The notes: generated from the letters alone by a model not told the origin. DNA of 64,000 bases from Paramoeba atlantica (GCA_977017575.1 CDRNVI010000060.1:434001-498000); one strand, 5' to 3'. Positions 33,940 through 46,577 are shown, counted from the first letter of the stretch. Translations and numbers: made by a program.

Positions 33940-34530
33940 TCATAGTCGTAGACCTCCAACCCATTTTTCAGCCTGAATATATTGCCGCAATTGAGAAACT
34001 ACTGCGTATGCAGAATATTTCTCTAACTCAAGCTGAAAGGCTTCTCGTGTTGGCGTATAATCTAGACCTGCCCTCTTTGCCAATGTCTTTAGTAGCTGTT
34101 TAGTCTCCTCGTGTAAGACCCCACAATCAGTAATCGCAATGCAACGGAAACTTTCGGGATCTAAGCCTTTCTCCTTCACGTATTTATTATTCTTTCTGTC
34201 TTGGGCACTCTGGAGCAAGGCATTGCTACTTTGCTTTCGGTAGCTACTGCAACACGTATGAACTACGGTTAAATCGTATAAAATTTCACCAACGTCGGGC
34301 CACAAGATCGCAAGGTCTGGTCCGGATCTGATTCTACGAGCTCGGCATGGGTGTTGTTCTGCTGCTTCTGGGGAAATTGAACATTTGCACTTAGTGCAGA
34401 AGAATGACGTGTGAATTCGTGGCTCGATTGCACAAGGGAGACTGGCTTTGGAACACAGATCGGAAAGATATCGCACCAAATGAGAGTGTTTGCGTGTACA
34501 GTTCATTCCAGCGCATCGTGAGCAACCGGC
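33940..34530 (-). pseudogene. F2 C-terminal zinc finger and RLE fragment
   Basis: MNCTRKH..RRIRSGPDLAI..YDLTVVH; duplicate at 38770-39360. Confidence 0.88.
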
Positions 34531-35510
34531 TACGTGAGGAATGATTTTGTCCGCATGGTTGGCATTGGATCGAAATCCAAGTCTGCTTCCGTATGAGAAA
34601 ATCCTTGATTACTGGGAATTCCTTTAGCGTCCACATCAATTCTGCTTTTTGAATCCTTTCGATGTAGCCATTGTATTGAATAAACTCTCACATTAGAAGT
34701 TGGAGGAATGAACCCACGAAATTGCTCGCCGCATTTGTACCCTTCTATACCTTCATACTGGAGAGACATCCGTCCGATTCCGGAACGCTTCTTAACCGAC
34801 TTAACCACACCTTTCGATATATTCAGCTGCGAGGAATCGCTGAAGCACCATGCCATCAAGCACGAGTCCCCTTGTTTCGCCATTTTTGATGAATCCCAGA
34901 CGGTATCCGGTGCCAGTGGAAACTGCTCCGTTGGGTTTATCGACTTATTCAACTTCTCTATCATCTCGGCCTCCTTGGCAACTTCTATGACAGACTCTGT
35001 TTCAGCAGGAAGTTCAAAGTTCGGCATCGTGATATTGTTTTCGTCAACTACCTCGTGCAGTGTCGTAGACCCGTCAACCCTTCCCGTGCTCAATAGGGTG
35101 TCCTCAGGAGTTAAACAGTCGGCGTATGTCTGACATTCGACATCTGCGTCCTGCGTCAGCTGTTCGGCTGAAGTTTCATCATTCGTCGCAGTGATCGACT
35201 CAGTCGTCGTAGTGACTGGCCAAACGACGCTTGCCTGAGACTCGGTATTGACGTCCTGCATCCCTAACGTTTGTTCCGCTGAAGATTCTGTATTTATCGT
35301 AGTGATCGGGAGGAAATCTAACTTTGATATAGTTCTTCTTTCTTTTCCTCGAGCGGTTTCTGCAATTTGGCGTTCCCTTGTCTCACGCTCCTCGGCTGTA
35401 GGAACACCGTGCAGTGTCAGCAGCCCATTTCACACAGTCTTTCCGACCACTCCAGCAACCTTACCAAGTGTTTGAAGACGCGAAGATGGTTCAGAGTGGG
35501 GAATTTCATT
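34530..35510 (-). pseudogene. F3 N-terminal region; empty site for the IS30 insertion at 34866-34871
   Basis: Ends at PMPTMRT like the F3 pre-RT motif; matches 39360-39701 joined to 41123-41790. Confidence 0.8.
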
Positions 35511-36945
35511 ACTTGAGCTTATCGTTGTGTGATTTCCGCCGAAAAATAGTTAGATGCTTTTCAAGCTTGGCAAGAAGCAGCTCACTGACTCTGTCTGCTT
35601 CCCCTACGTAGGCTCCTAATGTTTTGACTGCCTTCTCCGCTATCTGAACGCCTTCATTCGCTAGACTTTCGGGTAGGCGAATATTGTTCAGACCGCTAAA
35701 CCATACACACTTTTGAGGGGCAAGGCAGATTTCTTTGCTTAGAAGAAGTTCTTTGAGGCGAACATAGGCAGCTGCAACAAGATCTTCCTCAGTTGACGCA
35801 ATATTGATATCATCAACATAAGCGTATATATGTAGCATGGGAAATTCTTGTGCAATTGTCTCCAGTATTGGCTGAAGAAAGGAGCAGAAGTATAGTGTCG
35901 ACAACGGCGACCCTTGGCGAACTCCAGCCGAACTTTCAACTGTTGAAAACAGTTCCCCGTTCTTTCCGTAAAAGAGGAGTTCAGACGCTGCCCCATATTC
36001 GGCAACAAATAGTCGCTGAAAAGGACGAAGGGCGCTATAAGCAAAAATTGCTTTTGCAATCTCGTCGCGTGAAGGGCTATTAAAAGCGTTCTTCATATCC
36101 AACGAGAGGATAGCACACCCTTCCATATATCGTCGATTGAGTTCGTGAACAATAGTCTCGCAGCCAGCGCGACTCATCACCCCATGCTGCATCGGCAGGA
36201 AAAGCTTTTCAAATTTATGTTCGTTACGCAGAAGAAGGATTAGTCCAGCCAACTTGAGAAAAATTTCTCCCATTGCCACCGGTCGAACGGCTTGAGCTGT
36301 TTTAGGGAGTGCAACTAAGCGTGCTCTCCGCAGTCTGCGCATTACATCCTTGGACAGCATTCCGTTAATTAAATCGCACATCATGTGGCTTAGACTCGTG
36401 CAACAGATCTCATCGTCCAAGAGCAGACGAATGATGGCCTCTGTGGTACCGGATGGACCTGGGGCGGCGCCTTTTGCGAGTCTCTTTCCTGCTTCTCGGA
36501 GTTCGTGGGGCGGGATACATGCTACCTTCGGGGCGTCGGTGGGAAGCTCAAAAGAAATCGGTAAAGATGGGTGTAGGTTTTGTAATTGAGACAATTTTTC
36601 TTCGTCCCCTAATGATGTTTCGGTGATGTCTTGATCTAACACGCGCGTCGCTTTCTTAATCGCTCCTTCCAAAACCAGTCGTGTTGCTTTTTTGACTGCT
36701 CTCAGATCTTTAGCCTTTTGCTCCACTTCACTGTTTCCTGCGTTCGTCTCCTGAGTTTGAATTGGGCGGCGACGACGCTTTTTTCCAATGAGATGGCGCA
36801 CTGTAGCCAACGAATGTTTCATTGCCGACATGGTTCTGTGCCAGATTGGATTTCGGTGGTCGTAAGAAGAATCTGCGTAATCCCGCATTATGTCACGATA
36901 GATAGAGACAACACAGGGCACAAACTCTGCACTGACAGTCCGCAC
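35509..36945 (-). pseudogene. F3 RT fragment
   Basis: RTVSAEF, RQGSPLSTLYFC, AYVDDI. Confidence 0.9.
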
Positions 36946-37660
36946 GAAAGGGCCGTCCGCACGTGGACGTGGGGAGGTGGGTGGGAAACTTTTTATCTGG
37001 ATATGAACAGTACAAAATGGATACTAGACAATTTATAGAAAATACGTATGTATCCCTATTATCTTATTTTTTGTTAAACGACGACAATTTTTGCCAATAT
37101 TGGAAAAGCTCCTGACTCGGAAACTGACTCGCATTTTTTTTTTTTATTTTCTCTGCGTAAAGTTGCGGAAACAGAAAGAAACAGAAGTACATTTTTTTTT
37201 ACCCAAATAGAATAGTCACTAATACAGTCACATACGAATAAAATCAATTTCACGCGAAAATGCATACAGTTCATACACGTACATAATTATTAACAAACCC
37301 TGCTCAAATATAATCCCTCCTGAATTTCAATCCGTAAACTTTTATACCTTGTTATATTTGGTACCGGATGGTGCCACCCTTAAAACACTAGCAGGCAGTT
37401 CAAATGATCTTCAGAGAAAGGAAGAAGAAACAGACGTCTTAAAAAAAAAACAGACACATCACTCACCCTAGTTGTTTAGTACCTTGTTATATTTGGTACC
37501 AGGTGGTGATAGAATCCATTTCATAAGACAGCAGGAAAAAACAGCAGGAAAAACGAACAAGATCTGGCGTGCAATTCAAGGCGTGCATAATATCTGGCGT
37601 GCAATATCTGGCGTGCAGTATCTGGCGTGCATAATATCAACAACAGAATGTACTATTTTT

Positions 37661-38734
37661 GGCTAGGGGGGACCTTCGATGAATCTTCATCGAAGGTGTT
37701 TTTGACTTTTTTTGACTTTTTTAACTTTTTGTTTTTGAACGAATTTTTCCATTGGCTGTTGAAAACACGTTGCATGAAACATATAATTTCATTTTAAATT
37801 CAATAATTCTTTGTTTTTTTGTCTGAATTCTGACTTTCCGTTTTCTTTCACATTTTGGCTTGGGGGTACGTTCGTTGATTTCTCAACGAACGTACCCTGT
37901 GACCGTAAAAAATCTGCAGGACCTTAGAGGAAGGAGGAAGAAAGGCCCAACTGATAACTACTTGATAATCTTGATAATCTTGTCCAACTACTTTGATAAC
38001 AAATTTTAGTACCCATTCGTGGGAAGCAATTGGCGAAGCCCAACTACCTTGATAACAAATTTTAGTACCCATTTTGGCCGCGCGGGGGCCCCCGCGTGAG
38101 CGGGGGTGCGCGCGGCCGCGAAACGGCGAGGGCCCGCGTGAGCGGGCCTGAGCCGTACCCCGCGTAGGGTTCCCCTGTGCGTCGTTAGTGGGAAGCAATT
38201 TGCGAAGCTCACTAAATTTCGTAGTTTTCGCTACGCAGGCGTTGTCAACGTATATAGCGAAGTGTAGGATACTGAACGCACGGAAAATGAAAATCAAAAA
38301 AAAATCTTGGATGTTCCACAAAAGTCCTTGACTTATGCAAAAGTCCTTGATTTCCACCGTGAATTTCCGTTCGTTGAGTACTCAACGAAAATCCGGCACT
38401 TCGTTGAGTACTCAACGAAAATCCTGTGTTTACCCCTTCCGCAGGATTGTCGCTCAAAATATTTATATGGATCAGTCAAAAACGCTTCGATGAAGATAAA
38501 CTGAAGAAACGGTGAAATTCCTCTAGGGTCCTTCACAAAACACTTCGATGAAGCACCAAAAAAGTCAAAATGTCTATATGGATCCGCGAAAAACGTTTGC
38601 GTGAAGATTTGAAAAAATAAAAAAAAACTCAAAAACACCTTCGATGAAGATTCATTGAAAGTGTACAACTTTCAATGTGCTTCATCGAAAGTTGTACACT
38701 TTCGATGAAGCTTCATCGAAGGTCCCCCCTACCC
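37661..38734. mobile_element. Non-autonomous TIR transposon
   Basis: Same TIR family as 277-2751; 8-bp TSD CTATTTTT (37653-37660 and 38735-38742). Confidence 0.92.
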
Positions 38735-39701
38735 CTATTTTTGAAGCGTTGACTTGAAGCAAAAGCTAATCATAGTCGTAGACCTCCAACCCATTTTTCA
38801 GCCTGAATATATTGCCGCAATTGAGAAACTACTGCGTATGCAGAATATTTCTCTAACTCAAGCTGAAAGGCTTCTCGTGTTGGCGTATAATCTAGACCTG
38901 CCCTCTTTGCCAATGTCTTTAGTAGCTGTTTAGTCTCCTCGTGTAAGACCCCACAATCAGTAATCGCAATGCAACGGAAACTTTCGGGATCTAAGCCTTT
39001 CTCCTTCACGTATTTATTATTCTTTCTGTCTTGGGCACTCTGGAGCAAGGCATTGCTACTTTGCTTTCGGTAGCTACTGCAACACGTATGAACTACGGTT
39101 AAATCGTATAAAATTTCACCAACGTCGGGCCACAAGATCGCAAGGTCTGGTCCGGATCTGATTCTACGAGCTCGGCATGGGTGTTGTTCTGCTGCTTCTG
39201 GGGAAATTGAACATTTGCACTTAGTGCAGAAGAATGACGTGTGAATTCGTGGCTCGATTGCACAAGGGAGACTGGCTTTGGAACACAGATCGGAAAGATA
39301 TCGCACCAAATGAGAGTGTTTGCGTGTACAGTTCATTCCAGCGCATCGTGAGCAACCGGCTACGTGAGGAATGATTTTGTCCGCATGGTTGGCATTGGAT
39401 CGAAATCCAAGTCTGCTTCCGTATGAGAAAATCCTTGATTACTGGGAATTCCTTTAGCGTCCACATCAATTCTGCTTTTTGAATCCTTTCGATGTAGCCA
39501 TTGTATTGAATAAACTCTCACATTAGAAGTTGGAGGAATGAACCCACGAAATTGCTCGCCGCATTTGTACCCTTCTATACCTTCATACTGGAGAGACATC
39601 CGTCCGATTCCGGAACGCTTCTTAACCGACTTAACCACACCTTTCGATATATTCAGCTGCGAGGAATCGCTGAAGCACCATGCCATCAAGCACGAGTCCC
39701 C

Positions 39702-41122
39702 GGATGTTCAACTCCAGTGCACCACCCCATTGTGAACTCCAGCGCACCACTTTTTTCACCATAGTCGACCGTCATTCCTTTTTTCTGCGCCTCACCATAG
39801 TTGAACATCGTTCCTTTTTCCTTTCAACATAAAAACTTATCCAGAGTATTTAAAGAAAGTGTAATACAAGTGTAAGATCTGAGTAAGAAACTTTATTAGA
39901 CAAGAATTTCTTCACCTTTACAAAATGCTTAAATTTAATGTCATTAAATTTCCAACACTAGCAGACTAACTTTACAAGCTTTCTCACGTACCTTTGCTTA
40001 CTTAGCTTCTTTTACTTACGCAGTTCATTCACAAAATCCATTGGAGAACGATAATTTAATAATTTCCGAGGACGAGTGTTCAATTCCAATGCTGTTTTGT
40101 TTAATTCACTTTGGTTCAAATTCTCAAAAGATTCGGTTTTCTGATGGAATTGTCGGATCAAACCGTTTGCATGTTCCACAGACCCTTTCTCCCACGAATG
40201 ATATGGAGCGCAAAAGAAAGACTTGCATTTTAATTTTTTGTTTACTTCTTCATGGTGCCAGAATTCTGTTCCGTTGTCGTATGTGATTGTTTGAACCTTG
40301 TAATTCTTTAACCCGTCTACAATTTGTTTGCTTACCCCCTTCGCGTGCTTAGATTCCAACTTGCGAAGAACAAGGAAGCGACTCTTACGCTCGCACAGGG
40401 TAAGAATATATCCGGTATGTCCTCGACCCTCGACCAAGTCTGCTTCCCAATCGCCGTAGCGCCGACGCTTATTAACAATTTCTGGTCGATTTTCAAGTGG
40501 CGTTCGGTTGGGAATCGCGCTGCGATCAGGTCTGGTGCGACGACGGTATGGCCTCTTTCGCCGGATCCGCAAATGGGTGTACAACTTGCCGCCTAAGGAC
40601 GCGTTGCGACGAATATGGCGATATATGATAGAAGTCGAGGCGGTACGACAGCTACGGATCGTATTTGCAATCTGTTCCGGGCTGTGCTTCTTTTGAAGTC
40701 GAGAGCTGACTTCCTCTTCCAAAAGGCCTTGTATCTTGTGAGGCTTGACCTTTTTACACGAGAGGCTTCTTTTCGAAATGCGCTGTGCCCTCGTCCCCTC
40801 ATAGCGCTGACCCCTTCTTGCATTACGCGCCAACTCGCGACAAACAGTGCTGTGACTTTTGCCAATTATGCGAGCTATGCTTCGCCGACTCTCGCCAGAT
40901 GTAAAGAGTGATTGAATACGATTACGATCGTAATGACTGAGTCTTGAATAACGGCGCATTTGTAGTGTAGATCCGAAGGATATTATAAAATAATTCTTCT
41001 TTAAATAATTGATGGTGCATTGGAAATGAGAATACAGTTTTTAAGAAAAAGTGGTGCACTGGAAATGACAAGAAAATTATTTTTTGGGAAAAAAAGTGGT
41101 GCGTTGGTGTTCACAATCCACC
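39702..41122 (-). mobile_element. IS30-family element, 1421 bp
   Basis: 6-bp TSD GTCCCC (39696-39701 and 41123-41128); imperfect inverted ends; repeated CCA(G/A)(T/C)GCACCA motifs; empty site at 34866. Confidence 0.9.
40012..40959 (-). CDS. IS30-family DDE transposase (315 aa, intact)
   Basis: N-terminal HTH (IARIIGKSHSTVCRELARN); WEADLV, TYDNGTEF, EKGSVEHANGLIRQ, LNTRPRKLL. Confidence 0.95.
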   Translation of the reverse strand: MRRYSRLSHYDRNRIQSLFTSGESRRSIARIIGKSHSTVCRELARNARRGQRYEGTRAQRISKRSLSCKKVKPHKIQGLLEEEVSSRLQKKHSPEQIANTIRSCRTASTSIIYRHIRRNASLGGKLYTHLRIRRKRPYRRRTRPDRSAIPNRTPLENRPEIVNKRRRYGDWEADLVEGRGHTGYILTLCERKSRFLVLRKLESKHAKGVSKQIVDGLKNYKVQTITYDNGTEFWHHEEVNKKLKCKSFFCAPYHSWEKGSVEHANGLIRQFHQKTESFENLNQSELNKTALELNTRPRKLLNYRSPMDFVNELRK

Positions 41123-42526
41123 GTCCCCTTGTTTCGCCATTTTTGATGAATCCCAGACGGTATCCGGTGCCAGTGGAAACTGCTCCGTTGGGTTTATCGA
41201 CTTATTCAACTTCTCTATCATCTCGGCCTCCTTGGCAACTTCTATGACAGACTCTGTTTCAGCAGGAAGTTCAAAGTTCGGCATCGTAATATTGTTTTCG
41301 TCAACTACCTCGTGCAGTGTCGTAGACCCGTCAACCCTTCCCGTGCTCAATAGGGTGTCCTCAGGAGTTAAACAGTCGGCGTATGTCTGACATTCGACAT
41401 CTGCGTCCTGCGTCAGCTGTTCGGCTGAAGTTTCATCATTCGTCGCAGTGATCGACTCAGTCGTCGTAGTGACTGGCCAAACGACGCTTGCCTGAGACTC
41501 GGTATTGACGTCCTGCATCCCTAACGTTTGTTCCGCTGAAGATTCTGTATTTATCGTAGTGATCGGGAGGCAATCTAACTTTGATATCGTTCTTCTTTCT
41601 TTTCCTCGAGCGGTTTCTGCAATTTGGCGTTCCCTTGTCTCACGCTCCTCGGCTGTAGGAACACCGTGCAGTGTCAGCAGCCCATTTCACACAGTCTTTC
41701 CGACCACTCCAGCAACCTTACCGAGTGTTTGAAGACGCGAAGATGGTTCAGAGTGGGGAATTTCATTACTTGAGCTTATCGTTGTGTGATTTTCTTGTTG
41801 CTGTTTTCCAATGATCACTTTTATGCGAGGTTTGCGTGAGGGGATTGCCGTGGTCACTGAGTCTTCGCACTGCCTACGTGACGTTTCAGCTGCTTTCTCT
41901 TTTGTTTTCTTTTCTTCCTCTGCGCGTGCGTCCAATTGCTTTTTCAACTCACTGAATGACATGCGAAAATTTCTTTCTGTATCATCGTTTCCGGTCGGCG
42001 GCGGGATTGGACTGGGGAGCCTAAGCTCTATTGGGTTTTCGGCCAACGAGGAATCTGCTGGAGGGGACTTCGTCGCCGGAGGGGACGATAGCGATGGTGG
42101 TACTGCTGATTGCGCCTGCGACCGATAAGTATCTACGGGTGTGCGCGGGGGAGATGTGCATGTTAAATGGTCCGGCCGTTGCGGGGGTGGCGATTGTTGC
42201 GGAGCTGGAAGCATTTGTTGCGGTGGTGGCGGCGTTTGTTGCGGTGGTGGTGGTGTTCGTTGCTGCAGCCGTTTCGGGAGTGGCGATTGTTGCGGTGGTT
42301 TTCGTGGTGGACGTTGCTGTGTTCGCGCCGATGGCTGCAGTGGTGGCTGTGGTGGTGGTGATCGTTGCTGCGGCGGTGGTGGCGATCGTTGTGGTGGCGG
42401 TTGTGGCGATGGCGGCGGCAGTGGCGTTCCCGCGGGCAGTTTCTTCTTCCGGCGTGTGGGTGGAAGCGACTGGACGACGGGAGCTACCCCCGTCTCCTTC
42501 GCCTTGGCACGCGTCAGCATGCCCAT
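41123..42526 (-). pseudogene. F3 N-terminal region (Pro/Gln-rich, starts MGMLTRAKAKE), split by IS30
   Basis: Homologous start to 23986; continues into 39360-39701. Confidence 0.8.
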
Positions 42527-42766
42527 TTATTTGAAAAAGAGTAGGAAAGAAAACAACAAAGGGTTTGGTATCTATAGTTCTTACTTCGCTTGGCATGTAA
42601 CTCAGCCGTTATGGAAAAAGTAAGAAAGTGATACCGTACGGTGCATTCGCATTAAAAGAACGTGCGCTGTCGCAGCTGATGCTATAAGAACAGCATCAAG
42701 CGCCATGTCCGGTGCAGCATTCAATTCTGTAGACGTGCAAATCCCGGAAACAGGAGGCGAGCCCGG

Positions 42767-43168
42767 TCAATCTCTCGGGTCTCCGCCATTTGACGATGGA
42801 ATAGCCGCTGCATCTGGAGACACGCCCATCATCGATGGGCGCTTTCTCAACTCCTGCGCCGGGACCTTGGAGATTATGCCTGCGTCCTCCAACAATCGGA
42901 CGTCCGCCTCAGGCAACGAACCTTTCACACTAGGTTCGGGGTACGGGGCTTTAGGTACCCATAACAATTCATCCACTACCTTGCGAAAACGAGTGGCAGC
43001 TGAAAGGCTCATCCACTCCTTAACCTGATCCAAATGGATAACAGGTATAGACTTCTTAACGTGCAAAGGTAGGTAAGCGTCGTGTGCCTTGGCTAGCCGT
43101 GAAGAGCGGCGTGCACAAACAACGGAGTGCCTGCGAAGGTAAGGCACTTTCTCGAAGCACTTTGCCAC
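42767..43168 (-). pseudogene. RT N-terminal fragment
   Basis: LPLHVKK..LD resembles FPLHIGK..LD in the ORF ending at 6508. Confidence 0.6.
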
Positions 43169-43179
43169 GTGCTCCGAGG

Positions 43180-44384
43180 TTACAGCACTGGAAGACGTGC
43201 TGAGACTCTCTGCGTCCCGAGAGCCCTTGCCGTTGTAATACTGTTTGCGTTGTAGCGCAACAGTGATTCGACGTTGAGGTGCTTCGTGAGGTTCTGAACG
43301 TCCTCCATTCTGAGATTCCCGAGGGAGATCTCGTGGAATAGGTAAGTAATCGCACCTCTTTTTATGGAATGTGTTCCATACCCCGGACCGAGAAGTTGAT
43401 TCATCCTGTAGTCATCTCCCGGACCGTCGTGTAACACAGGCGTTGGCCTGGCCTCAAACTTCCCACAAACTGAGCCAGTTTGGGTGTTCCCGGGCCAGTC
43501 ACTATCGCGTAGAGGTACGGCCGGTAAGGATTCAGACGAGTCGTCTTTGTCCGCGTGCCCCAATAAATGATTACCTCGTGACTGGCCACACTCACGAACT
43601 GCTCCCGCCTCAGGTCGGCGGTCTCGGTCCATCTCGCAGCGGCTTTCCAACACAGGAGGCAACACATGCTCTCCTTTACGTCGAGATGACGTCTCAGCTT
43701 CTTGAGAAGAAGTGGCGTGATTGGAAGCATCTGCCGCGTGGGTTCTAGCCCCCCCTGCGCTTGCAGGGCCTTTACGTAGAGACTCAATGGGGTGCCTTCG
43801 ATTCCCATGAGCTCGAACAGAGTCCTCAATGCCCCTGCGTACCCCATGCGCGTCGAGGTAGCGAGAGGCAGAGTCTCTAGGAAGAGCACCGCGTTTGCAG
43901 GATTCGCGGTGATTCCCTTCGCCTGGCAATACTCGCGCAGGCGGAACCACAGTCGCTCCCTTGTGGCCCACGTGGCCGTTGCCCACATGGGCTGGAGCGC
44001 CTCGCTCATCTGAGTGGCGCGAGGATCCTCGGGGTGCATCTGGAGAATGGCCCCCAGTAATTCTTGGCGGCGCTTCCCGGGCGGCCGTAGAGTGGCGACG
44101 GCGGTTGCGGCGGCGGCGATTGCGGCGGCGGCGGTTGCGGCGGCGGCGATTGCGGCGGCGGCGGTTGCGGCGGGAACGGAGAGCCGGGGTAGAGGGCGAG
44201 CCGGGAGGGAGAGACTGCGACGACGGAGACGTATCGGGGAGAACTGACGCGGAGGAGGAGTATTGCCACGCACGCGTGGCCGTCTTTCTCGTCGATGGAG
44301 GAGCGGGGAGGGAAAGGGGGTAGTAAATTCCACCCGTCGTCGCCTGGGACGACGGGCACGAGCAATAATTGGGGTGGGGAGCAT
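43180..44384 (-). pseudogene. Tyrosine recombinase with a frameshift near 43410
   Basis: KAAARW..T, TKT, then HSIKRGA, KH and LRY in the shifted frame. Confidence 0.85.
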
Positions 44385-44387
44385 TTC

Positions 44388-44903
44388 CTAGTGGAAAGCC
44401 CGCGATGCGCCGTAACGGTTGGCGCCGCCCACCACCCCGCCTCGAAAATCCTGCTGCGGGGCGCGTGTGGTACGGAACTGCCCCCCCTGTTGTAGAGATG
44501 TTTGCGGGCAATTCGATCGGAGGTGGCCTGGCTGATGACAGCCAAAACAAAACGGTCCCTGGCTGCGTCGTCGAGGGGCACGCTGCGCAGTCCGGCCCCT
44601 CAGTTGCTCGTCGACCACAAGCTGACCGTAGCGGTCCTGAGGGTCGTCGTCACGGTGCAACCGCTGTTGCACACGTTCGACTGCAACACCCGCCGCAGCC
44701 CAATAATGGTTGCGAAGCTCTTCGATGATGAGAAGGGCTACGGCGAGGTTGTGCTTCTCTAGCCAACCCTCTGTGTTGCGCGCAGCGTAAACCCATTCAG
44801 TCAACATTTTGAACAGGCGCTCGCGCTGCGGCGGAGGGTTGAAGCGTACCCCAAGCTGCGGAGCTTCGCGCAGCTCACGGATGAGTTCACGTGGCTTGAA
44901 CAA
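44388..44903 (-). CDS. Gag-like protein with a CCHC zinc knuckle
   Basis: CFGCHQPGHLRSNC immediately upstream of the YR gene. Confidence 0.8.
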   Translation of the reverse strand: MFKPRELIRELREAPQLGVRFNPPPQRERLFKMLTEWVYAARNTEGWLEKHNLAVALLIIEELRNHYWAAAGVAVERVQQRLHRDDDPQDRYGQLVVDEQLRGRTAQRAPRRRSQGPFCFGCHQPGHLRSNCPQTSLQQGGQFRTTRAPQQDFRGGVVGGANRYGASRAFH

Positions 44904-46174
44904 ATCATCCGTGTCGATCCACGGTTGCCAAGTAACCGGATCGTAGGGGGAGAAGCTTTTCGGGTCCGTAACACGGACGCGTTCAAAACGTGGGGATCAG
45001 ATCTTCAACTGGTTTCCCACCCGGCATCTGCGCCCGAACATGGGCCAGTTCCAAAGAGTGGTAGTTGATCTCGGGATGGGGAAAACGGTAGGCTGTATTC
45101 ACGTCCCCACCTCATTCTGTGAACAACTCAGTTGATTCAGGGTCATTGGGATGCGTCATATGCACCCGCCCTATAGCCGTCTGCCGTAGGCCATCTCGGG
45201 GAAGAGACCATACAGCTTCGACGGTGACCTCATAGCGTTTGCGCAGAAGGTCAATCACTTTCATGACAAACTCTTCTTTGCCCTGGCTGGTCATGATTCC
45301 TCGGGCATCAAGGCGTGAACGCTGGGGCACCTCGGCGTGGTCAATGTCGAGGGCATCGTATCGACGAGGTGAGCGAGAAGCCTCAACCTGGTCAGGGTTG
45401 AGGGTCCCCTTGCGACGAATTGGGGCCTCCGGAGCGTCGAGCGGAATAGGGTAGGGACTGGGAAACGAGCTCGTGGGGAGACTCGGGAGATTACTTGGGA
45501 GCGGGCTTGGTGGTTCACGGGCCGGGCTCAAAGCTCTGCCAGATGGACGTATCTTCCGTCTCGCTGGGCCTGTGGTAGGGGGAACATGAGTGGGTTTCGC
45601 GGGTACCTGCGGAGCTGGCTGCGTCGGGAGAGAGGGAAGAGGGGGGCGTACGGGAGGACACGAGAGGGACTGGCGCTTGGAATGCGAAAATGACGAAGTT
45701 TCGATCGGTGTCGGGGCGCGGTCTCTTTTTGGAGAGCGATCACGGTCCTGGCTTGGCTCGTGAGGAGCCCGCAAACGTTGGGATCTCATCACAAAAACTT
45801 TTGAAACGTAAGTAGAAAAAATAGCCTACCAAGAATATAAAGAATGAATAATGAAATTACAACACTATTTGAAACAAATCATAATTTTGAAGAAATTATG
45901 TGCCCCGAAGGGCCAAGCAGGCATAAACAACTCCCTGCCCCGCGGCTAAATTTCCAAACGTGGACTATTAGGTATTGACAAAAACCAGAAGTTTTATTTT
46001 TGGAGGCAGATTCCATCTGAAAAAAAAAAGATATTTTACGAAGGTAACTATATTTAGATATATTCGCCATCATTTGTGCAAAGGGGCGATTATTCGAAAA
46101 TTTTGATTTTGCTTTCGAACTCAGATAAAAAGTCTATTTCAGACCCACGAGTCAGGAAAAAAAAGGACGCTAAA

Positions 46175-46577
46175 GAACTAGGGTGAGCACAACGAAGACA
46201 ATATGGATGACACTACCCGGTGCCAGTAAAACGAGGCACTAAATAATTAGGGTGGATGTCATTCTGGCAACGTAGAATGGGTGGCACCGCCCAGTACCGA
46301 ATATAACAAGGTACTAAGAAACTAGGGTGGGTGCCATTCGGGCTAATCTTTGGAATGTGTTTGTGTTTTTTTTTTATCCACCCTCAAAAGATAGAGTGGT
46401 TTTTTTGGTCAAGGGGCGCCTTATTTGCATTACCTAAGGTGCAGGGGTATAGCGCACCCCACCTCCCTAGCTGTAACCTAACTCCTCTCCAAGCGGAGGT
46501 CAGCCGTAGCTTGCTATGGCTGGCTCTCCGGATACGTCGCAAGACGTATTCGGACTGCCCGTTTGGGGAGTTGAGGG
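46175..46577 (+). mobile_element. SINE-like structured element (longer copy)
   Basis: 5' part resembles 24318-24510; 3' part is the reverse complement of 48803-48902. Confidence 0.65.

Larger units (their letters stand above)
42700..45792 (-). mobile_element. Second YR retrotransposon family (gag-CCHC, YR, truncated RT)
   Basis: Gene order as in VIPER; see component ORFs. Confidence 0.8.

Noticed and set aside
37561-37632. ATCTGGCGTGCA short repeats as a regulatory array
   Set aside because: Only about five degenerate adjacent copies with no supporting context
39702-41122. Bacterial contaminant contig
   Set aside because: Both flanks continue a eukaryotic TE ORF exactly, with a TSD and an in-window empty site; read-level confirmation is still needed
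41811-42623. Gly/Cys-rich, Val/Ala-rich and Thr-rich ORFs as host genes
   Set aside because: They are alternative frames and antisense of the Pro/Gln-rich F3 N-terminus
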